Source: a virus
Virus record (IMG/VR): IMGVR_UViG_3300020417_001527
Span: 1 to 64,000 of that record
Direction: 5' to 3' (one strand)
DNA: 64,000 nucleotides
Part shown: one piece after another, positions 57,697 through 64,000 of the stretch
Layout: each line of letters begins with the position of its first letter
Numbering within the stretch: position 1 is the stretch's first letter
Notes under the pieces: model-generated
What the model was told of the DNA's origin: nothing
Seen by the model: the letters and a program-made list of their open reading frames with translations, nothing else
The model's database searches: none
Position numbers and translations under genes: made by a program

Positions 57697-58403
57697 TTTG
57701 GATTGTTTCTAAATCTGGCATGTCTGCACAATTTTTAGAAGCATGTATCAATAATGTAGATTTATGTTCAGACCAAAAGCATTATGATTTAATCCAAACA
57801 CCATGTAAATTTGGATATTTTTTAGAACTTAATCACGATTGGGGAGGTACCTATGTGCCTTTAAAAAGGACAACCCAAGAAGCATGGAACGATGAATGGT
57901 ATGATGGATTTAGTCGTGCAAAAAGTATTGCTGAAAGCAAAGGACACAATGCTCTGTTTACACACAGGCATGATAAAGAACTTATTCAATGGATGAAGGA
58001 AGCAGGAGACTCAGTAATTGTACTGCGACATGTAAATCATTTGCCACTGTGGATTTGTCGTGAATCTGTGCTAGATGAAAAGTATGAAAAGACTGTGGGC
58101 TACTTCTTACAAAAATTAAAAAGTCGTCTTATAGAATTAGATACAATGCCTGATCACATCAGCGAACAACCATATCTAGATCAGAACGATTTTTTAACAC
58201 TTGCTACCAGACAGTTACAAAAATTAGCACCCTGTATGGATATTGAACTTTTTAGACACAACTTGAATTACTATGTGCCAGCAAATTTAAAAGGCATTAC
58301 AAAATGGGATATGATGACAGAAATAATAATCAAATATCATTCAAGTAATCCATTAATTGCATGGGGTTATGATGATTTAATCAACACTGATCTCACTTTT
58401 TAA
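57693..58403 (+). CDS. Hypothetical protein, possibly P-loop/sulfotransferase-like
   Basis: MIWIVSKSGMSAQFL N-terminal loop; ATGA overlap. Confidence 0.45.
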   Translation: MIWIVSKSGMSAQFLEACINNVDLCSDQKHYDLIQTPCKFGYFLELNHDWGGTYVPLKRTTQEAWNDEWYDGFSRAKSIAESKGHNALFTHRHDKELIQWMKEAGDSVIVLRHVNHLPLWICRESVLDEKYEKTVGYFLQKLKSRLIELDTMPDHISEQPYLDQNDFLTLATRQLQKLAPCMDIELFRHNLNYYVPANLKGITKWDMMTEIIIKYHSSNPLIAWGYDDLINTDLTF

Positions 58404-59621
58404 TCTTGCAAATTCAGGCGACACTTTCATAACATCATCATCTCTAAATTTATCATGCACTTCTGTAACACGCACATAGTCACGCATGTGACTTTCATTG
58501 TATATGTGTTTAGGATCTTCTGCAAAGTTTACACAATCCATTAGAGCTTCTTGCCAGGTTTCAAAGTGTTCGCTGTTGCCTATTTTGTGTAACAGCTTTT
58601 CTATTTTACGCTTTTGTTCTTTCTTTAACCAATCAGGTGCATGTTGCATACTGTAGTAGGCTGGCTCAATGAGTTGGTTACTGCTGAGTCCTATACCACG
58701 CTTCTGTGTTATTTGATAGTCATGTAAAAACTCAAAGAAGTCAGGCAGGTGTAGTGCGTTTGTAATTTGATTAACAGTGGTTACACGCACCTTAATACGT
58801 TTGCCTGCTTTGGTACTTGCAAAGTCCATTAACTTGGTAAAGTTTTTCCAAACTGAATCCCAGTTGCTTGGAGGACGCAGATAATCATTCATAGCACCCA
58901 TGCCTTCAAGTGAACAGTTTACCACAACACGTTTGAACTGTCCTAGTTGTTCTAGCCAACGATCCTGCATGTTTGTGATGTTTGTATAAAATGACAGTTC
59001 AATATTTTTTGCATAATCGTTTGCTGTGCAATAGTCCAACAGACGAAACATATCTGGAAAGACTGTGGGCTCACCACCAATCATTTTTATTTCACGAGCA
59101 TGTGGTATCATGGGTTCAAATGTGTTCCAATCAATGCCCGGTTGTAGCAGAGCTTCTTTTTTGTTGTCAGTTACACGTTCCCAGTCTTCATGCTGTACAG
59201 GTGCACCATACTTTTCTTTTATTTTTGCACGTTCGACGCTAACCAAATGTGATGCATCTTTGTTGCACATTTGACAATGTAGGTTGCACATGTTACCCAA
59301 ACGAAAGTCAAACTGCACAGGACTGGATACATTTTCATCTAGTGTTGCTGTGTAGTCTTGCCATTTTTGATTTTCCCATTGTCTACTCGATCCAATACCA
59401 TTGCGTTCCAAGTGTTGACATTCTGAGCATTCAGGCCTCCACTTGCCAGCCAACATGTCTTTGCGAACCTCTTTCATGTAATCAGAGTTCCATATTTGTT
59501 CCATGCTTAGATGATTTTGGTTTAATTCTTCAGCAGGTTCTTTGGCCATACAACAAAGTCTATAACGCCCATGGTTATAGGTGCTGTACTGCACAAAAGG
59601 TAATGCACAGTAACCACTCAT
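58377..59621 (-). CDS. Twitch-domain radical SAM protein
   Basis: CALPF...LCC...CSEC, CNLHCQMC, MIGGEP. Confidence 0.9.
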   Translation of the reverse strand: MSGYCALPFVQYSTYNHGRYRLCCMAKEPAEELNQNHLSMEQIWNSDYMKEVRKDMLAGKWRPECSECQHLERNGIGSSRQWENQKWQDYTATLDENVSSPVQFDFRLGNMCNLHCQMCNKDASHLVSVERAKIKEKYGAPVQHEDWERVTDNKKEALLQPGIDWNTFEPMIPHAREIKMIGGEPTVFPDMFRLLDYCTANDYAKNIELSFYTNITNMQDRWLEQLGQFKRVVVNCSLEGMGAMNDYLRPPSNWDSVWKNFTKLMDFASTKAGKRIKVRVTTVNQITNALHLPDFFEFLHDYQITQKRGIGLSSNQLIEPAYYSMQHAPDWLKKEQKRKIEKLLHKIGNSEHFETWQEALMDCVNFAEDPKHIYNESHMRDYVRVTEVHDKFRDDDVMKVSPEFARLKSEISVD

Positions 59622-60637
59622 CGATGTTTCCTTGTACGCATGTCAGTGGCATTCATACAGCGTGGCTGTTCACAGATGTAAGGCTCAGTGGGCCAATTTA
59701 GTTTATCCAATTGATCCAATCTACCTATCTTATCTGGGTGTGACCAATTGGCCTGTGGACACCATGATCCTGCTGTAATTTCTTTGAACTGATTAATAAA
59801 AATTTTATCTATACCTATGTAACATTTCATGCCTGTAAAAACATTATGATTTTGATTTATGTTTCTGTTTGCATGTAGTAGTTCTTCTTTGCCATCGCTG
59901 TATGTAATTATGTGTGGCACACCTATACGCTTTGGTTTGGCTCTAGGCAATGTCCATTCAGAATTATATGTGTTAAACAGAGCATAAGTTTGTAATATGT
60001 GTTCCTGTTCTTCTGTGTAAGGATAACTTTTAGCACCAAATTCAATTCGCATACGCTTGAGGCTCACTGGATAACCATTGCTGTTACTGGCTAATAATTC
60101 AGCACATGCAATAGACTTATCCCAAAGCTCGGGCAGTATAGCAACCAGCACATTTAGTTCATTTACGCCTGGTTTATAGAATGTGTGTGCTACATCTAGT
60201 AGGTGTTCTGGGTCGCACGATTCAATATGCACACTTAGATTAACTGTGTCAATTAGATCTCCGTAACGTTCCCACCAACGCACGGTGCGTGATCCATTTG
60301 TAATTACGCTGATTAAATTTTCTGTATTGTGTTTTTTGATGGCTTGCAAAAACTTATTAAAGTTTGGCATCACAGTTGGCTCACCTCCACTCAACACATA
60401 CTGTATGGGTCGCTGAAAATGATTGTGCATTGCATCCAGTATTTCCAACCATTTGTCTTCTGTGGGCCATGGTTGTTTGCCGTCATGCAACGGAGGAGGA
60501 CAATATGAACAAGCATAGTTACAGGTTGTACCCATGCTCCAATCTACAAGTGCAATATTCTTCTGTGGTACAATGCTGACAATATCAGGCAAATTGTTCT
60601 GCAAATGCATCAAATTTGTCTCCACACTTCTGAGCAC
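59618..60637 (-). CDS. Radical SAM protein with C-terminal twitch module
   Basis: CNYACSYC, LSGGEP, FTGMKC...WC...CEQPRCMNATD. Confidence 0.9.
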   Translation of the reverse strand: MLRSVETNLMHLQNNLPDIVSIVPQKNIALVDWSMGTTCNYACSYCPPPLHDGKQPWPTEDKWLEILDAMHNHFQRPIQYVLSGGEPTVMPNFNKFLQAIKKHNTENLISVITNGSRTVRWWERYGDLIDTVNLSVHIESCDPEHLLDVAHTFYKPGVNELNVLVAILPELWDKSIACAELLASNSNGYPVSLKRMRIEFGAKSYPYTEEQEHILQTYALFNTYNSEWTLPRAKPKRIGVPHIITYSDGKEELLHANRNINQNHNVFTGMKCYIGIDKIFINQFKEITAGSWCPQANWSHPDKIGRLDQLDKLNWPTEPYICEQPRCMNATDMRTRKHR

Positions 60638-61682
60638 ACACTCCTAGTTTACCAGATTTAATACTGTCTTTGTTCCAACTGTTTTTTATACTACCAAGTA
60701 TACCACTTTCAAAAACTGTTTCTAGTCCGTGTACTTTACAATCAATGACATCTTTGCCACCTACACCATCTATGTGATCCCAAATTTGTTCTACTTTAGG
60801 ATCCAACTGCCACCATTTGTACATGCGTCCTGCTGTCCAACAGCAAGGCAACAGCAATCCTTCTGCTGTGATATAGATGTTCTTTTCTTCTGCTACCTTG
60901 CATTTAATTTTACATGAATCGTAATAATCCATCATTGAACCAAATTGATTTTTAATTTCTTCTTCTTTGGCAAGTGCTTTGTTTTGATATGCTTCATTTT
61001 TTGGTTTTGCCAGAGTTGCAGTATCTTCGCCTTTTCTGTTCTGTGCTTGATGTGTTTCTTTGCCTGTGTTTTTTGCTGTACTAAAAAACCTGCCAGTTTT
61101 CTTTGCTCTAAACTTTTCAAAACCCCAAGCCATTGCCATGCCTTCTGCGTCTTCCACTTGATGTTCATTGTAGTCAAATATGATGTAATCCCATCTAGCT
61201 CTACCACCTGCATCTATAAAACTTGTAAATGAACGCTCTACAATATCCCAACGCACATTCTGTCTGTACATGTGATTTGTGTCTTCAAGTCCATCCAATG
61301 AGAATATAACTGCACCCATACGACCATAAACTCGTGCAAGTTCACGCCACCAATCTGGATCTTTTGCTCCGCCGTTTGTGTTCATGCTCAGCCAAATTTT
61401 AGGATTGTGTTGTCTAAAGTATTCAAATATTTCTAGTGTGTCACGTGCCACAATAGGATCACCCAAGTTGCCACACATATACATTGTATTAAGTTGTTGT
61501 ATAAATTTTGGTTCAAATATTGCTTTAGCATCATCTAGTGTAAGTTCAGCATTTGTGATATGTCGATTGTCGCGACCGCCATTTTCATTGCGATCACACA
61601 TAGGGCAAGCCGCCTGGCACCTTTGTGTAACTTCCAAATGTACCATTTTAATATCGTTGTAGCTATACACTTTGTTTACCAA
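60585..61682 (-). CDS. Radical SAM/SPASM protein; unsplit relative of the split pairs
   Basis: CQAACPMC, MCGNLGDP, NTNGG, C-terminal C...LPCC...CAQKC. Confidence 0.9.
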   Translation of the reverse strand: MVNKVYSYNDIKMVHLEVTQRCQAACPMCDRNENGGRDNRHITNAELTLDDAKAIFEPKFIQQLNTMYMCGNLGDPIVARDTLEIFEYFRQHNPKIWLSMNTNGGAKDPDWWRELARVYGRMGAVIFSLDGLEDTNHMYRQNVRWDIVERSFTSFIDAGGRARWDYIIFDYNEHQVEDAEGMAMAWGFEKFRAKKTGRFFSTAKNTGKETHQAQNRKGEDTATLAKPKNEAYQNKALAKEEEIKNQFGSMMDYYDSCKIKCKVAEEKNIYITAEGLLLPCCWTAGRMYKWWQLDPKVEQIWDHIDGVGGKDVIDCKVHGLETVFESGILGSIKNSWNKDSIKSGKLGVCAQKCGDKFDAFAEQFA

Positions 61683-63168
61683 GCAACCTTTCTATAATTG
61701 CACTTTCATGTTTTTGTGTTTTGTTGTTAAACTGATCTACACTTATGATGCTGGGCTCATCATCCATCAACACAGCCATTTCTGGAAATGTTTTACAGAA
61801 GTCTAAGTTTCTAGTTTTATCAATGAGTCGTATGTATTCTCTAAACTGTGGCATACGTCTGCTCCAGTCTTCACTTTTCATAAAATTGATCATGCCACGC
61901 ATACGTTCTATGCCGTGACTTGCATTCATAAAATCGTCCTTGGTTACTTTCCCTCGGTACCAACTTGGTATTCCTAATTCCCAATTTTCTTCCCACCATG
62001 TATAAAACTTTTCATACTTGATTTCTGTTTGCTGTTTGAACCATAATGGCAATGTCTTTACATTCAAAGGAGCAGGCCAATAAACAAAATGTGTGTTCAC
62101 ACTTCCTGCTGAAAAAGGCCACATGTTTACTTTTGTAAAGCCTTGTTGCAGTTTCCATTTGAAAAAATCTGGCAGATAATATATGTTCAATGCATTAACG
62201 GCACAGGCCAGAGTTACTTCAACATTGTCTGTGGTTTCGTTGTTAAGTTTCCATATCTGTCTAACTTGATGATTCCAATCGCTGGGGTAACGTATGTAAT
62301 CATTCATTGCACCTATGCTGTCTAAACTGTAATGAAAACGCACCAGTTTAAAATGACTCCACAGTTCAAACAAATCATCACGCCATTCAACAGCATTTGA
62401 ATTGTAACGCAGTTCTAAATTAGGTGCATGTCCACTTTCAATTATTTTTTCTAATATTGTGTAGTGTTCATCCATCACAGTTGATTCACCACCAGCAAAA
62501 TAAAGTTGTAGCATGTTTGGTATCTGTTTCCAAAACTGCTCCCAAAACTTGTCATTGCTTTTGTGCCAATTGTAACTGGCGTTAAAGTTTTTACCTTTGT
62601 TTTCCCAATTCCATATTTCTTTAAGTTCAGGATCTTTCAGTTGTGGATACATTTTGTTCCACTCTTTGACCCAACCTGATGAATCATGTGGTGAACACAT
62701 AACACAGGCAAGTTGACATTTAGTACCCATACGCAAATCTATGTAACGCAGTTTGGTTGGTATGCTACCATCTGTTTCTGTTTCTTTGAGCATTTCATCA
62801 ATATCAATGCGTTTGCTCCAATAGTTTGTTTCCCATTGGCGTTTGCTGTGATGTCCTGCATCTTCTTCTTTGTAGCACTTCATACAGGAAGGAGGTCGCT
62901 GTCCTTTCAACATCATCTGTCGTGTGCCACGCATGTACGAATTGTTCCACGAACTTTCAAGGTCAGAGTTGTTTAAATTGGCTGGTATACCCTCCTCTGT
63001 ACGCAGTACACCCACCTGTCCTCCAAACTCTTTGTCGTTGGTTACACCAACACTACTGGCGTTTGCTGTACAGCATACACGCATAGCACCGTCAGGACGA
63101 GTGCTTAAATGTATCCATGGCAACACACAAAATGTATCGCTGGGTGGTGTAAAACGTTTCTTGGTCAT
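61663..63168 (-). CDS. Twitch-domain radical SAM protein
   Basis: CVLPW...VCC...CMKC, CQLACVMC, FAGGE, DKTR..DF..TFPE; TAAATA-N5-ATG upstream. Confidence 0.9.
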   Translation of the reverse strand: MTKKRFTPPSDTFCVLPWIHLSTRPDGAMRVCCTANASSVGVTNDKEFGGQVGVLRTEEGIPANLNNSDLESSWNNSYMRGTRQMMLKGQRPPSCMKCYKEEDAGHHSKRQWETNYWSKRIDIDEMLKETETDGSIPTKLRYIDLRMGTKCQLACVMCSPHDSSGWVKEWNKMYPQLKDPELKEIWNWENKGKNFNASYNWHKSNDKFWEQFWKQIPNMLQLYFAGGESTVMDEHYTILEKIIESGHAPNLELRYNSNAVEWRDDLFELWSHFKLVRFHYSLDSIGAMNDYIRYPSDWNHQVRQIWKLNNETTDNVEVTLACAVNALNIYYLPDFFKWKLQQGFTKVNMWPFSAGSVNTHFVYWPAPLNVKTLPLWFKQQTEIKYEKFYTWWEENWELGIPSWYRGKVTKDDFMNASHGIERMRGMINFMKSEDWSRRMPQFREYIRLIDKTRNLDFCKTFPEMAVLMDDEPSIISVDQFNNKTQKHESAIIERLLGKQSV

Positions 63169-63176
63169 ACTATTAT

Positions 63177-63470
63177 TTACTGATTCATTTTCTCTACACG
63201 CATTGACTTACTGCAATTTTCAACACACAATGGAGGTGGTGTAGTGTTCCAATTATCTGTGTTCCAATGCTCTGTGAAAGGTTTGCTTTTTAATATAGCA
63301 GTCAATTTGTGTTTGTTAATATCATTCCAATCGCTGGGCAGATTATCTATGTAGTCGTCTCCTGTACAGCCAAATCTATTTGCGGCCGCACTATAAAAAC
63401 AGCAAGGCCATACACGACCTTCTGTGTCTAATTTTATTTCTTTTTCACGCAGAGCTAGACAATCAATCAT
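63177..63470 (-). CDS. Stand-alone twitch/SPASM-like domain; split partner of 63467..64000
   Basis: C...WPCC...TGD.YID.LP.DWND...CVENC; strongly similar to 32024..32353. Confidence 0.78.
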   Translation of the reverse strand: MIDCLALREKEIKLDTEGRVWPCCFYSAAANRFGCTGDDYIDNLPSDWNDINKHKLTAILKSKPFTEHWNTDNWNTTPPPLCVENCSKSMRVEKMNQ

Positions 63471-64000
63471 TGCAATATGCTCCGTGCTTGTTCTATCATA
63501 TCGTTTGCCTTTGATATATTTGCATCAGCAATCAATCCATATTCTCTATCTTGGAATTTAAAATCAATGCCTATGTTATACTGTTTAGCAATTCTGGCCG
63601 CTTCTGGTATCTGTTGCCAGTTCCAATCAAATATAAGAAAGTCCCATGAACAACCTCCTTCATGACAATGTTGTGCAAATGTTATCATGTTATCCATTGC
63701 ACGTTCAAAGTTAACTCGCTTTCTGTACAGATCATTTACTTCTGCTGTGGTTCCATCTATAGAAAAAACCAAGTGTCCAAACGGATCTAATGTTTCTGCT
63801 AGTTTAACATAGAAGTCTTTGTTTCGCAAGCCTCCATTTGTGTGAACAAGAACTGTGTTTTCCTGTCTGTGTCTAACATAACGAATAATATCAAATATCT
63901 GTGGGTGCATCATTGGATCGCCAAATTCACCACACAATTTTATTTTGTAATCTTTGCCATGTGGAATATTATTTTTGATCCATCGTATAACAGTTTCAAA
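63467..64000 (-). CDS. Radical SAM protein (5' end lies beyond the window)
   Basis: Frame open to the window edge; LCGEFGDPMMHP, HTNGG, FSIDG, WDFLIF match the rSAM half of 30645..32027; the CxxxCxxC motif is outside the window. Confidence 0.8.
   Translation of the reverse strand, partial: FETVIRWIKNNIPHGKDYKIKLCGEFGDPMMHPQIFDIIRYVRHRQENTVLVHTNGGLRNKDFYVKLAETLDPFGHLVFSIDGTTAEVNDLYRKRVNFERAMDNMITFAQHCHEGGCSWDFLIFDWNWQQIPEAARIAKQYNIGIDFKFQDREYGLIADANISKANDMIEQARSILQ

Noticed and set aside
816-63665. Numerous 60-150 aa antisense or alternate-frame ORFs in the track
   Set aside because: They lie within well-supported genes and show no motifs; treated as shadow ORFs.
1-64000. Calling the rSAMs moaA, pqqE, nirJ or anSME
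   Set aside because: No partner genes (moaC, pqq, nir, sulfatase) are present and the domain order differs, so no symbol is supported.
1-64000. CRISPR arrays, tRNA or rRNA genes, IS elements, introns or inteins, long direct repeats
   Set aside because: None seen by eye, and intergenic gaps are under about 35 nt. A covariance-model scan was not possible.
1-64000. Stop-codon reassignment
   Set aside because: Standard-code ORFs tile the window, and TAA, TAG and TGA all end genes at sensible overlaps.

Overview
An AT-rich, almost fully coding 64 kb window with about 75 tightly overlapping genes. The genes are mostly on the + strand from 1 to 37.5 kb and mostly on the - strand from 37.5 to 64 kb. 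I saw no rRNA, tRNA, CRISPR array, transposase or virion hallmark gene. The window is one very large tailoring-enzyme island. It holds 19 radical SAM proteins: 12 with an N-terminal twitch/SPASM-like Cys module, 4 with a C-terminal one, 1 cobalamin-dependent, and 2 split forms each followed by a stand-alone twitch ORF (one of these is fused to a 2OG-Fe(II) oxygenase). It also encodes nucleotide-sugar enzymes, glycosyltransferase-like proteins, at least 7 SAM methyltransferases, sulfotransferase-like proteins with an APS kinase, a carbamoyltransferase, an amidinotransferase, several Fe(II) oxygenases, SGNH-like proteins, an AsnB-like protein, and metabolic genes (apt, a compact pckA, a fatty acid desaturase). 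A small protein resembling a nitrile-hydratase-like leader peptide (NHLP) sits among four paralogous methyltransferases. Gene packing, gene content, repeated TAA(A/C)TA-N5-ATG starts and consensus sigma70 promoters inside CDS ends suggest a large, probably T4-like or jumbo, phage genome; this is inference. The most interesting reading is an uncharacterised, probably viral, radical-SAM-based hypermodification system acting on glycans, proteins/peptides or DNA. The substrate cannot be determined from sequence alone. All family calls come from motif recognition by eye, not database searches.
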